A DNA stretch of 64,000 nucleotides, from positions 12,623-76,622 of the forward strand of contig JAZRWB010000061.1 of the NCBI GenBank assembly GCA_045599445.1. The letters are read 5' to 3'. Below the pieces are notes generated by a model that did not search any database, was not told where the DNA came from, and saw only the letters and a program-made list of their open reading frames with translations. Positions within the stretch are counted from its first letter, which is position 1; every line of letters starts with the position of its first letter. The position numbers and the translations under genes were made by a program. Source of the stretch: Kiritimatiellia bacterium (GTDB lineage Bacteria > Verrucomicrobiota > Kiritimatiellia > RFP12 > UBA1067). Below, piece after piece: positions 47,076 to 60,348 of the stretch.

Positions 47076-48812
47076 CTACCGTTCGGCGGCGAGACGCGCC
47101 AGCAGCGACTCGATCGTCATCGACCCGAGATCGCCGTCCGCGCGCGAACGCACGCTGATCGTGCCCGCGGCTTCGTCGCGCGGCCCGACCACCACCTGAT
47201 AGGGAACTTTCTGGAGCGTGGCCTCGCGGATCTTCGCGCCGAGTTTTTCGGACGAAACGTCGATATCGACCCGATAGCCGGCTTCGCGCAGGGCGTTTTG
47301 CGTCTTTTTCGCGTAGTCGAGCGCCTTGTCGGAAATCGGCAGAATCCGCACCTGCTCCGGAGCGAGCCACAGCGGGAACGCGCCCGCGTAATGCTCGATC
47401 AGAATTCCGAAGAAGCGTTCAATCGAACCGAGTAGCGCGCGGTGAACCATATAGGGCTGATGCTCCTTGCCGTCGTCGCCGACGTAAGTCAGGTTGAAGC
47501 GCTCCGGCAGGTTGAAGTCGAACTGCACCGTGCCGAGCTGCCACGGACGGCCAAGCGCGTCCTTGATCTTCATGTCGATCTTGGGGCCGTAGAACGCGCC
47601 GCCGCCTTCGTCGACCTCGTAGCTCATCCCCTCCTGATCCAGCGCATCCCGCAGGGATTGCGTCGCCTGCTCCCAGCGCGCCGGATCGCCGACCGCCTTG
47701 GCGGGCTTGGTGGAGAGATACGCCTGGATGTCGTGGAAGCCGAACTTGCCGAGCATGTTCTTCGCGAAGTTGACCGTGTCGCGAATTTCGCTCACGATCT
47801 GCTCCGGCGTGCAGAAGATGTGGGCGTCGTCCTGGGTAAAGCCGCGCACGCGAAACAGACCGTGCCGAACGCCGTCCTTCTCGTAGCGATACACCGTTCC
47901 CAATTCCGCGAGGCGCATCGGCAAATCGCGATAGGAGCGTTTCTTGAACTGGTAGATCTGGATATGGAACGGGCAGTTCATGGGCTTTACGTAGTACTCT
48001 TCGATGTACGCGTCGTTGCCCGAGCCCTCCTGCACCTTCATGCACGGGAACATTCCCTCCTTGTAGAAGCCAAGATGGCCCGAAGTCTGCCAGAGGTTTG
48101 AACGCCCGACGTGCGGAGTGTAGACGATTTCGTAGCCCGCCTCGTAATGCTTCTTGCGCCAATACTCCTCGATCGCGACGCGAATGCGCGCGCCCTTGGG
48201 GAGCCAGTGGGCGAGGCCGGGGCCGACCGATTCCGTAATCGTGAAAAGCTCCAGTTGCTTGCCCAAGACGCGATGGTCGCGCTTCTTCGCCTCTTCCTCG
48301 CGCGCGATAATCGCGTCCATCTCCGCTTGATCCTTGGCGACGATGCCGTAGACCCGCTGCAGCATCTTGTTCTTCTCGTCGCCGCGATAGTAGGAGCCGG
48401 CGATCTTGGTGAGCTTGACGACGCCGATTTCCTTGGCGTGATCGACGTGGGGTCCGCGGCACATTTCGACGTAGTCGCCGACCGTGTAGGTGGAGATCTT
48501 CGCGCCGTCCGCGATCACGTCCGCGAGCCGCTCGAGCTTGTACTGCTGGCCCGCGAGGAGCGCCTTCGCCTCGTCGGCGGAAACCTCCTTGCGAACGAAC
48601 GGCTCGTCGAGCGCGATGAGGCGCGCGATCTCCTTCTCGATTTTCGGAAAGTCCTCCGTCGAAATGCGATGCGGCAAATCGAAGTCGTAGTAAAAGCCCT
48701 CTTCGGTCGCCGGCCCGATGTCGACCTGCACGTCCTCGAAGAGGTTCATAATCGCCCGCGCCATCATGTGCGCGGCGGAATGCCTTCTCATTTCAACCGT
48801 AATTTCGGCCAT
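47076..48812 (-). CDS. thrS: Threonyl-tRNA synthetase
   Basis: Class II motifs, HRDLGKQLELFT, anticodon-binding C-terminus. RBS GGAG lies inside the 3' end of purL, with a 15-bp gap. Confidence 0.9.
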   Translation of the reverse strand: MAEITVEMRRHSAAHMMARAIMNLFEDVQVDIGPATEEGFYYDFDLPHRISTEDFPKIEKEIARLIALDEPFVRKEVSADEAKALLAGQQYKLERLADVIADGAKISTYTVGDYVEMCRGPHVDHAKEIGVVKLTKIAGSYYRGDEKNKMLQRVYGIVAKDQAEMDAIIAREEEAKKRDHRVLGKQLELFTITESVGPGLAHWLPKGARIRVAIEEYWRKKHYEAGYEIVYTPHVGRSNLWQTSGHLGFYKEGMFPCMKVQEGSGNDAYIEEYYVKPMNCPFHIQIYQFKKRSYRDLPMRLAELGTVYRYEKDGVRHGLFRVRGFTQDDAHIFCTPEQIVSEIRDTVNFAKNMLGKFGFHDIQAYLSTKPAKAVGDPARWEQATQSLRDALDQEGMSYEVDEGGGAFYGPKIDMKIKDALGRPWQLGTVQFDFNLPERFNLTYVGDDGKEHQPYMVHRALLGSIERFFGILIEHYAGAFPLWLAPEQVRILPISDKALDYAKKTQNALREAGYRVDIDVSSEKLGAKIREATLQKVPYQVVVGPRDEAAGTISVRSRADGDLGSMTIESLLARLAAER

Positions 48813-48827
48813 GTCTTAACTCCTTCT

Positions 48828-52670
<3,843 letters not shown>

Positions 52671-52761
52671 TGAGATAAATCTCCTTAAGGTCTTTTGGTG
52701 TATTATACCAAAAAACGCCGCTTAAAGGTAACGTTCCGCTCCTTATAAAAAGACAGGGATA

Positions 52762-53136
52762 TCATACCAATACCTTGGCCAAATCGACAAAGGCGATTTT
52801 CACCGGCTCGAACTTGTAATCCAAGGGATTGACATTCGTCACTGGGTCGTTGACCGCGACTTGATAAACATACGGAACCTTCAATTTCGCCGCAAAGGAC
52901 TTCAAGCTGGCACTCATCGACTCCTTGCCGAACATCTTGCACTCCACCAACATGAACGGCTTGCCATCGCGAACAACGACAAAATCCACTTCGTGCTGTT
53001 GCTTGTCGCGAATATATCCGAGTTCAAAGCGCCCCAAACCGCTATCCGTCCACCAATCGACGCTCTTTAGCAAGTGCGATGCCACGAAATTCTCCGCTCG
53101 CGCCCCGACGTCCGACAGCAAGCTCCAATCCCACAA
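52762..53136 (-). pseudogene. C-terminal remnant of an AAA+/DUF4143 ATPase gene
   Basis: 124-aa ORF with only the DUF4143 / PD-(D/E)xK-like C-terminus (HEVDFVVV...VECK). The upstream ATPase domain is missing. Neighbouring fragments are in other frames. Confidence 0.6.
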
Positions 53137-53299
53137 ATAGATTTAAAGCGCCCTCACTCCCCGCAAATCCTGAACACGGCTCAAATCGCGCAAATCTTCG
53201 GAGAAAATCTTGTCCAAGCGAGAGTTCTGCCAACGAGTGTAAAAACGTCGCGTACCGTTCAAAAACGGCTCGGGATATCCGCCGAACTCCAACTATCTC

Positions 53300-53434
53300 T
53301 CTACCCCAACCCGGTAGAACGCCTTGCCCTTCGGCAAGTCGCCGTCCTTTAGCATCATCTGCGATTCGGTTGCAGGCGTCGTCACTACCGTAGTATCAAG
53401 TTTGCCAATCTCCGCGCCGCGAATAAGCGAATAC
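53300..53434 (-). pseudogene. Fragment duplicating the 3' end of the 54788..56245 gene
   Basis: ~93 bp (53341-53434) is ~91% identical to 54839-54932. Minus-strand translation KYSLIRGAEIGKLDTTVVTTPATESQMMLKDG matches the C-terminus of the 485-aa protein. Confidence 0.65.
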
Positions 53435-53439
53435 TTACT

Positions 53440-54657
53440 TTACCCTAAACAAGACATAGGAACGGCATAATAGCCATCACCGAAACGTAGGACGTGTTCT
53501 CCTGGGTAAAGGACTATTCCCGTATAAGGATTTTTCGCCAAATTACAACCAAACCACTTAAGATGCTTGAAATCGTTCTTGCTAACATTTGCCCCCGCCT
53601 TGACTTCCACCCCAAGTAAGTCACCCTTTTCATTCTCAATAATGAAATCAACTTCGCGTTTATTCTTGTCGCGGTATTGGCTAATCGAATATCCGCCCTC
53701 TACATCCGCAAGCACGGCAAGTTCATGATACACCCAACTTTCGACTAACTTTCCGGAAATATCCGCATCGACAAATGCCATCTCCTCATCCCACCCAAGC
53801 AGGTTCGCCATCAACCCCGTATCCGTTGCAAAATACTTCGGCCTTTTCCCAATCCGATCATAATCCGTTTTCGACCAAGCGGGAACCTTATCAAAAACAT
53901 ATAGAGCACAAAGCGCTGAAAGATACGACTCGGCTGTTGCCTTGCTAATGGACGATTTACCGCAAAGCTCCTCCAAGGTAAAAAATTTGGAAGAATGCGC
54001 CAAAAGCCAATGCGCAATTTCGCGCAATGCATCCAACTTTCGAATCTCTGTCACATCGTGGACATCTTTCTGCAATAAATGCTCAAGATAGTCAGCGAAC
54101 CACGACTTGCGTGGACGAACTGGAAACTCTCGGCATTCTGGATATCCACCCTGAAATGCCAAGTGAATAATCTCCCGTTTCCCAAGCGGTGCTCTTGCCT
54201 CATCAAATTGCCGATTAAAGGCCTTGCTTAAAAATGAAGGTTTTTGGCTCGTAATCTCGCCCAAGCTCAATGTTCGCAACCTGATCGTATGCAAGCGCCC
54301 TGCAAGGGAATCTTTGATTTTCTTTGAGAAATCAAGATTAGAACTCCCGGTTAGCAGATACTGCCCCTTCGCATCATTGATATCAACATGCATTTTGATA
54401 GCATCAAGAAGTTCTGGCACCTTCTGCACTTCGTCAATAATCATTGGTCGCTCATCGGTGCGCTTGGAAAAGGCAATTGGATCCTCCCTTGCCACATTGC
54501 GAACACCCGAATCATCCAATGTATACCGCCTACACGCAGCAAGGTCAAGCATCTTGACAAGCGTCGTCTTTCCGACCTGACGCGCACCTGTCACATGCAC
54601 AACGCGCCGATACCGAAGCGATTCAAGAACTTCATTTTGTTGCCAACGAACAATCAT
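53440..54657 (-). CDS. AAA+ ATPase (AAA_14) with DUF4143 domain, third intact paralog
   Basis: Walker A GARQVGKTT, Walker B MIIDEVQ, C-terminal REVDFII...VEVK. Confidence 0.8.
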   Translation of the reverse strand: MIVRWQQNEVLESLRYRRVVHVTGARQVGKTTLVKMLDLAACRRYTLDDSGVRNVAREDPIAFSKRTDERPMIIDEVQKVPELLDAIKMHVDINDAKGQYLLTGSSNLDFSKKIKDSLAGRLHTIRLRTLSLGEITSQKPSFLSKAFNRQFDEARAPLGKREIIHLAFQGGYPECREFPVRPRKSWFADYLEHLLQKDVHDVTEIRKLDALREIAHWLLAHSSKFFTLEELCGKSSISKATAESYLSALCALYVFDKVPAWSKTDYDRIGKRPKYFATDTGLMANLLGWDEEMAFVDADISGKLVESWVYHELAVLADVEGGYSISQYRDKNKREVDFIIENEKGDLLGVEVKAGANVSKNDFKHLKWFGCNLAKNPYTGIVLYPGEHVLRFGDGYYAVPMSCLG

Positions 54658-54787
54658 AATGAGACTCTATAACCAGCAATCAGTATAACAAATAGTTGGA
54701 CTAAATGTCAATTATGAATTGGACTAAACGCAATCTTTTAATCAGTCCAAATACTCATTACTCCCTCAACTTACAACTACTTCCCGC
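54658..54787. promoter_or_regulatory. Intergenic region with TTGGACTAAA(T/C)G direct repeats and an inverted partial copy
   Basis: agttggactaaatg ... attggactaaacg ... aatcagtccaaatac. Lies upstream of the ATPase gene 53440..54657. Confidence 0.3.
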
Positions 54788-56245
54788 CTACTTCCCTACG
54801 CCTACTTTATAGAACGCATTGTTCGTAGGTGGGTTTTCGTCCTTTAGCGTCATCTGCGATTCGGTTGCAGGCGTCGTCACTACCGTAGTGTCGATTTTGC
54901 CGAGTTCAGCGCCGCGAATAAGCGAATACTTAAGACCGGGTATCGTCTTAATCGTTACCGCTACCTCGCCCGTGCCGACGACGAACGGCTCGCCCGCGTC
55001 CAATTCGCCAATCTTAGGCGTAACCACCTCGGGGTTAAGCGCAAGCGAGAATACCCCGCCTTCGCCAAATCCCATAAACGCCTCGCTCGGAATATCGTAG
55101 CCGTTCAGCTTGACTGCTACCTTCGCCTCTTCTGGCAGATTCCCGATTGTCACCGCCTCAACTCCCTCATTCGGTGTAATAACCCAAACGCCATCCTCGC
55201 CATCGGCTATCGCTCCGCCTTCGCACATTTGGTCCTTTTTGGCGATCTTTACATATGGGTGGCCAGTGCCAACCGCGCCTTCAACCACCATCACCTTATC
55301 ACCCAGCGTCACCGTGCCGTCCGCACCATTCCAGCCGCCGCCGATACCTGGCGCACTGTAGCCTCCAGTTGCCGTCACCGTACCGAGCGTATTGAGAACG
55401 ATGGTTCCTGCATCCTGCCGACTTGCACCGCCAATGCCTGCAGCAAAATCATCACCTTGTGCCAAGATATCGCCCTCGCCCAAAATGGTGAGGGTGTTGC
55501 CCTGGTTAACAACAATGCCATGTGTAGCGTTCAGAAGAGACCCCTCCGCAAGATACAGCGTGACCCCGCCATCAATGACGATGGACGCGGCAAGATCGAG
55601 CCGCCCTTCGACAAACCAGTTGCCAGAAGTGAGCTTTAGAGTTTCCGCCGTCACATCATTGTAGCTGTCCACAGGGGGCAGACCGCACAAGTCGCAGAGA
55701 CCGTTTCCGTCCGCATCGACATGGGGACCTGGCCGAGTGTCAAAAACGCTCTCGGTTCGTGTGGCTTCAATCGTCTGGAATTTCGCCTCGTAGTGTCCCT
55801 TGCCTTTTTCCCTGCAGTCCGCGCCGGGCGTGTCTTCGACAAACGCGATCTCCGTCGCCTGTTCGATCAGGATGTCCTCGCCGCAGTCGCCGCAGTGCCG
55901 CGTCGCCGTGCAAGCCGTATGATCGGCATTCCAATGGAAAGTCAAGTTCATGGATTCCCAAACGTGGTAATGCACGGAAATATACTTTTCGTCGGTGTAC
56001 GCGGTAAAGGTCACTGCCGTCTCTTCGCTTTCGCCGCCCTTGATTATAGGTTTACCGAACACATTCCAAAAGCCATCGGCCAGCGAACCGTCATCGCCAC
56101 GATCGCCGGCTTCGCCGATAGCGCCCCAATTACTAGCGTTTCTGCCGGCGTCGCCGCCGTCGCCGCCGCACCGCCGAAGGCCACTCCGACCGCTGCACCG
56201 CCGCCGCGCTCGCCTCGCTCGCCCGCACGGTAACCGCCAATCCAA
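54788..56245 (-). CDS. Secreted repeat protein (Gly-rich beta-strand repeats, Cys-pair N-region), 5' end probably truncated
   Basis: GIGGASRQDAGTIVLNTLGTVTATGGYSAPGIGGGWNGADGTVTL repeats. Cys pairs (CGDCG, CDLCG). No signal peptide. The first ~35 codons are Arg-rich and GC-rich and coincide with the prophage boundary at ~56130. Confidence 0.5.
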   Translation of the reverse strand: MDWRLPCGRARRARRRCSGRSGLRRCGGDGGDAGRNASNWGAIGEAGDRGDDGSLADGFWNVFGKPIIKGGESEETAVTFTAYTDEKYISVHYHVWESMNLTFHWNADHTACTATRHCGDCGEDILIEQATEIAFVEDTPGADCREKGKGHYEAKFQTIEATRTESVFDTRPGPHVDADGNGLCDLCGLPPVDSYNDVTAETLKLTSGNWFVEGRLDLAASIVIDGGVTLYLAEGSLLNATHGIVVNQGNTLTILGEGDILAQGDDFAAGIGGASRQDAGTIVLNTLGTVTATGGYSAPGIGGGWNGADGTVTLGDKVMVVEGAVGTGHPYVKIAKKDQMCEGGAIADGEDGVWVITPNEGVEAVTIGNLPEEAKVAVKLNGYDIPSEAFMGFGEGGVFSLALNPEVVTPKIGELDAGEPFVVGTGEVAVTIKTIPGLKYSLIRGAELGKIDTTVVTTPATESQMTLKDENPPTNNAFYKVGVGK

Positions 56246-56298
56246 GCGCCAAGGACAAGAAGCTCGCCGACGAACAAGTCGCCGCCGTCTCGGAGCTC

Positions 56299-57918
56299 GT
56301 GAACTCTATCGACAATCTCGACGAAGTTATCGAACACCTCGATCTCGCCTTCTTCCGTGGCTATTCCGTCGCCCAGCCGATCTGGACGAACGACACCGTC
56401 CGCCACATCGAAGTCTTCGATTCCTGGAACTTCCTCTTCGACGAGCGCGGCGCGCTCCTCTGGAACCCCAACTGCTCGATGGACGTGAAGGACTGCGAGA
56501 CAATTGGGCCCTCCGCCCGTCTTCTCTACCTGAAGCGTCGCCGCGCGATCGACTGGCCCGCGCTGATAATCTATCTTCGGAAGTACATCGGCGAGCGCGA
56601 CTGGGGCCGCTTCCTCGAACGCTACGGTATCCCGCCGGTCGACGTCGTCATGGCGGCGAACGCGACCAAGGAGGATCGCTCGGAATACGAAAAGGGCGCC
56701 GACGCCGCCAACAACGGCCAAAACGTCGTCTGGCCGGCTAACTCCCAAATCTCCCGCTCCGAAACCTCGCGCGGCCAGGATCCGTTCTCCGCGTTCATCG
56801 ACCATCAGGAGCGCGAGATCGTCCTTATGGCGACGGGCGGAACCCTAACCTCGCTCGCCCAAGCCGACACCGGCGCCCTCGCCGGCGGCGCCCAGATGAA
56901 AGTCTGGGAGCAGATCGTCGCTCGCGACGCGGTCTTGACCAACGCCGTCTTCGCGCGTTCGCTAATTAACCGCTTCCTCGCTCTCAACTTCCCCGGGCGC
57001 GAGATCGCCGCCAAGTTCGAACTCGGCCCCGAGAAGAATCCCTCGCCGGCCGAAGTCGCCGAGCTCGCCGGCAAGATCAAGTCCGCCGGCTACCTCGTCG
57101 ATCAACACGCCCTCGAAGAGGCGACCGGCTTCAAGCTCGTCAAGGACGAAACGCCTTCGAACGGCGTCCCGTTCCTGAACAAGCGTCCCTCTCCCGACGC
57201 CACCGCTCGCGGTGGCGATAAGCTCCTCGCCGCCTTCGCCTCCGACATGTCCCCCTTGGGCGACGCGATTAAAGCGCTTTTAAACGACCCTTCACCCGCC
57301 GCTGCCACGGCTTTAATCGACCGCCTCCCGTCCCTCCTCCCGGACGATCCCGCCCTCGCCTCCATCCTCGCCGAGGCAATGGCCGAGGAGTTCGGCGTTA
57401 CTCTCGCAAATAGCGGTACTTCCGAAGGTGCCAAGAAAGGATGGGAGACGCGCCTCCGCAACGGCTGGACCCCCAAGCAGCTCGAGGACAACAAGAAAGC
57501 CGTCCGCGCGCTCGCCGAAAAAGCAATATCCGACAGGCAATCGAACGAGACAATCGACCTCGGAACCGTCAACGGCGAAGCCGTGTCGGACATCAAACGC
57601 AAAACCGGCATTGACGTAACCGGTTTCAAACAAACGATTTCGTCGCGCGATCTGCGCCACGCCGACAACCGGCACGGATCGAACGGCGAAACAAACAAAG
57701 GGCAAGTCCCGCTGACGATTGAAGATTACGAGCGAATCCCGGAGCTCTTTTCAAATTACGACCGAATTGAAAAAGGATCTCCGGAGAAGAATACTAACCT
57801 CCCCTCGATACGATTCATAAAAAAATACGACGACGGAACTCTATACGGAGTTGATGTCATCGTTGAGAAGGACAAGACGATCCGCTACAAAACCGGATGG
57901 AAAGATGCTCCGCAATGA
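56299..57918 (+). CDS. Mu gp29-like (DUF935) portal protein with low-GC C-terminal extension domain; N-terminus probably truncated
   Basis: FLERYGIPP...LMATGGTLTSLAQADTGALAGG matches the DUF935 core. GTG start at 56299 is the first start after the stop at 56134. The last ~100 aa, carrying the RHADNRHGSNG...LTIEDYERIPELFSNYDRI block, are ~50% GC against ~65% for the rest. Confidence 0.65.
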   Translation: MNSIDNLDEVIEHLDLAFFRGYSVAQPIWTNDTVRHIEVFDSWNFLFDERGALLWNPNCSMDVKDCETIGPSARLLYLKRRRAIDWPALIIYLRKYIGERDWGRFLERYGIPPVDVVMAANATKEDRSEYEKGADAANNGQNVVWPANSQISRSETSRGQDPFSAFIDHQEREIVLMATGGTLTSLAQADTGALAGGAQMKVWEQIVARDAVLTNAVFARSLINRFLALNFPGREIAAKFELGPEKNPSPAEVAELAGKIKSAGYLVDQHALEEATGFKLVKDETPSNGVPFLNKRPSPDATARGGDKLLAAFASDMSPLGDAIKALLNDPSPAAATALIDRLPSLLPDDPALASILAEAMAEEFGVTLANSGTSEGAKKGWETRLRNGWTPKQLEDNKKAVRALAEKAISDRQSNETIDLGTVNGEAVSDIKRKTGIDVTGFKQTISSRDLRHADNRHGSNGETNKGQVPLTIEDYERIPELFSNYDRIEKGSPEKNTNLPSIRFIKKYDDGTLYGVDVIVEKDKTIRYKTGWKDAPQ

Positions 57919-58040
57919 AAAAACAATCGCGAGATATCCGCGGAGTGTACGTGCCCTCCAGCGATTACGTCCAAGACGTAATATCTCGCGACGCCCCGAA
58001 TTATACCACAACGAACTTCTGAAAGGCAATAGCGAATTTT

Positions 58041-58691
58041 ATGAAGCGATATTCAATAACGATCAAGATGGACAGCGCGACGGAGTTCAACATGCTCCCA
58101 GCGTGCGATCCTCTTATCGGCGAGGAATTCGTCGCCCATCTCGGTGCGAACGCCGAATCTGATGTGAGCATATCTTGCGACATCTCTCAAGGTTCCGTGA
58201 TCGGGAAGCGCAAAAACGGCCTTCGCCCCTTCCTCCCCGCGCTTTACAACGATGCGCGGAAGTTCTTCCTCGCCCCACTTAACGAAAATCGGGAATCGCT
58301 GCTTGAAGACAATCCCGACCTCGGCGAAGATGTATTCGATGGTCTCGCCATTCTCGCCGTCATTGACAACAATCACTTCGGGGATCACGGAAAGGTCATC
58401 AGTAAAGCGGATGTGGAACGCTACGCGAAGCCGATTCTTGCCGCGCTTCGTTTTGCGAAATCTATCGCAAAAGTCGAAAGCTCCTTTTATGAACTCAAAA
58501 ATCTTCAGTATGACGTCCATTTTAACCCCCTTAATCGAGAGGTGATTATATCAAAAAGACCCGCTCGCGGTTTACTTGGCTTCATCCAGCGTCATTCCAA
58601 TCGCGGCTTTGGAATTAACGACCTTCCAAAAACTCGTCATTTACTGACATTCAAAATTCCCACCCGTCCCACCCGTCCCACTCGTCCCTAA
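58041..58691 (+). CDS. Low-GC accessory (moron) gene, candidate immunity protein
   Basis: 216 aa with no recognisable domain. ~52% GC. Lies directly downstream of the portal's C-terminal extension. Ends with PTRPTRPTRP encoded by a 3x 9-bp tandem repeat. Confidence 0.4.
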   Translation: MKRYSITIKMDSATEFNMLPACDPLIGEEFVAHLGANAESDVSISCDISQGSVIGKRKNGLRPFLPALYNDARKFFLAPLNENRESLLEDNPDLGEDVFDGLAILAVIDNNHFGDHGKVISKADVERYAKPILAALRFAKSIAKVESSFYELKNLQYDVHFNPLNREVIISKRPARGLLGFIQRHSNRGFGINDLPKTRHLLTFKIPTRPTRPTRP

Positions 58692-58895
58692 CATGCCCAT
58701 TTCCCCCCAATTCTACCTCCCCGAAGGGTCTTGCGGCGGCCGCGGCGTCGGCCGCACCCCCGTGACCCCGTTTAATCCCGACGCTATGCCGTTTAAAAAC
58801 TCGCCGCGCGTTTTGGACGGCTCGTTGCCCGTCCCGACCCTCCAAGCGCTCCTACGGCCGTTTTCGAGGGGGTTTTAGGAAAGGAACCGACATCC

Positions 58896-59918
58896 ATGAA
58901 ACTATTCGCCCTCGCTAACGAGAAAAACGACACCAAAGACCGGGTGATCCGCGTCCCTTACGGAACTTGGGACTACGGAACCAAGAAGCTGGAAGACGGA
59001 CGCTCGATCTTCTTCACCCAGACGCTCGACCGGCGCGGCGCCCAAGCGATCGCCGGCGAAGTCTCCGCCAAGATCGCGAAAAACGAAAAAGGCGTGCCGG
59101 TCTACTGGGGCCACCCGGACGTCCCGGAGCTCGCCCACAAATATCCGGACAAGCGAGCCAAGGGTTGGATCGTCAAGGCCGAAGCGACCGACGACGCGCT
59201 GCTGCTTACCGTCGACTGGCTCGACGAAAAGCCGACCGAGGGCTTCGGTTGGTTCTCGCCCTTCTGGAAGGGCTCGATCACCCCGACCGGCGAAGGCCGC
59301 GCGTCGATGGCGGTCGACTCGATCCAGTCGGTCGCGCTCATCAACACCCCCAACATCGAGGAATTTCGTCTTGCAAACGAATTGCAGGACACCGACAACC
59401 CGGCCGACATCGGCCACAAAGAAAAGGAACAAGACATGGACAGGAACAAACTGATCCAAATGCTTGGGCTCAAGCCGGAAGCGACCGACGAGGAAATCTT
59501 CGCCGCGATCGGCAAGCTCAAGACCGACGCCGCCGATGCGAGCACGAAGCTCGAAGCGGCCAACGCCGAAACCGAAACGGCGAAAAAGGAGTGCAAGGAG
59601 GCCAAGGACGCCCTCGCCAACGAGCGCAACGAGCGTTGCAACCTTCTTCTCGACAGCGCCATCGCCGACGGTCGCATCTCCGTCGCGGGTCGCGCCGCGT
59701 GGGCCAAGCGCCTCACCGAGGACTTCGCCGCCGGCTCGGTCGCGCTCGCGAACGAGAAGCCGCTGAAGCGCGAAAGCGCCGTCAAGGAGCTCGCGAACAC
59801 GAGCGGCAAGTCCGTGGATCTCGTCGCGCTCGCGAACGAGCGCATGCAGAAGAACCCCGGCATGTCCTACACCGTCGCCTTCGCCGCGGTGATGAAGGAA
59901 CACCCCGAAGTCAAGTAA
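58896..59918 (+). CDS. Mu I-like prohead protease with C-terminal coiled-coil scaffold
   Basis: N-terminus VIRVPYGTWDYG... matches Mu-like_Pro. The C-terminal half is Ala/Glu/Lys-rich coiled coil (gpZ-like scaffold). RBS aaaggaa upstream. Confidence 0.7.
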   Translation: MKLFALANEKNDTKDRVIRVPYGTWDYGTKKLEDGRSIFFTQTLDRRGAQAIAGEVSAKIAKNEKGVPVYWGHPDVPELAHKYPDKRAKGWIVKAEATDDALLLTVDWLDEKPTEGFGWFSPFWKGSITPTGEGRASMAVDSIQSVALINTPNIEEFRLANELQDTDNPADIGHKEKEQDMDRNKLIQMLGLKPEATDEEIFAAIGKLKTDAADASTKLEAANAETETAKKECKEAKDALANERNERCNLLLDSAIADGRISVAGRAAWAKRLTEDFAAGSVALANEKPLKRESAVKELANTSGKSVDLVALANERMQKNPGMSYTVAFAAVMKEHPEVK

Positions 59919-59943
59919 CCCCCGAAAGAAAGGCAAAAAACCA

Positions 59944-60315
59944 ATGAAAGGTATTCATCGTAACGGTCTCATGACGTTCGTCGCCGGCGCGGCCATCGCT
60001 GCGGGCGAGTTCGTCAAGTTCTCCAGCGGCAAGGTCGTCAAGTGCTCCGCCGCGACGGACATCGCCATCGGCGTCGCGCTCGACAGCGCCTCCGCCGACG
60101 GCGACAACATCCCGGTGCAGCTCCTGACGGGCTCCGACACCGTGATCGTCAAGGCGGGCGGCGCGGTCGCCCAGGGCGGAACGCTCTCGTGCCTCGGTAC
60201 GACCGTCTCCACCGCCGGCGCTCTTCAGTACGGCATCGCCCTCGAAGCGGCGACCGCCTCCGGCGACCTCATCGAGGCCATCGTCGGTATTCCGGCCGTT
60301 ACCAAGATCAGCTAA
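59944..60315 (+). CDS. DUF2190-family head decoration protein
   Basis: 123 aa, Gly/Ala-rich beta pattern GEFVKFSSGKVVK...GVALDSA..GD.IPVQLLTG. Confidence 0.55.
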   Translation: MKGIHRNGLMTFVAGAAIAAGEFVKFSSGKVVKCSAATDIAIGVALDSASADGDNIPVQLLTGSDTVIVKAGGAVAQGGTLSCLGTTVSTAGALQYGIALEAATASGDLIEAIVGIPAVTKIS

Positions 60316-60348
60316 GTTCACGCACAAAACCAAGAAAGGCAAATCAAC

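Noticed and set aside
55721-56741. Plus-strand ORFs 55721..56233 and 55995..56741 as possible portal N-terminus
   Set aside because: They are in different frames from the portal and antisense to the 485-aa gene. They are Pro/Arg-rich and low-complexity, with no similarity to DUF935.
58660-58691. Short tandem repeat considered as a CRISPR, and a window-wide scan for CRISPR, tRNA and rRNA
   Set aside because: Only three 9-bp units with no spacers. No repeat-spacer arrays, no tRNA cloverleaf candidates and no rRNA-like segments were seen in the few intergenic regions.
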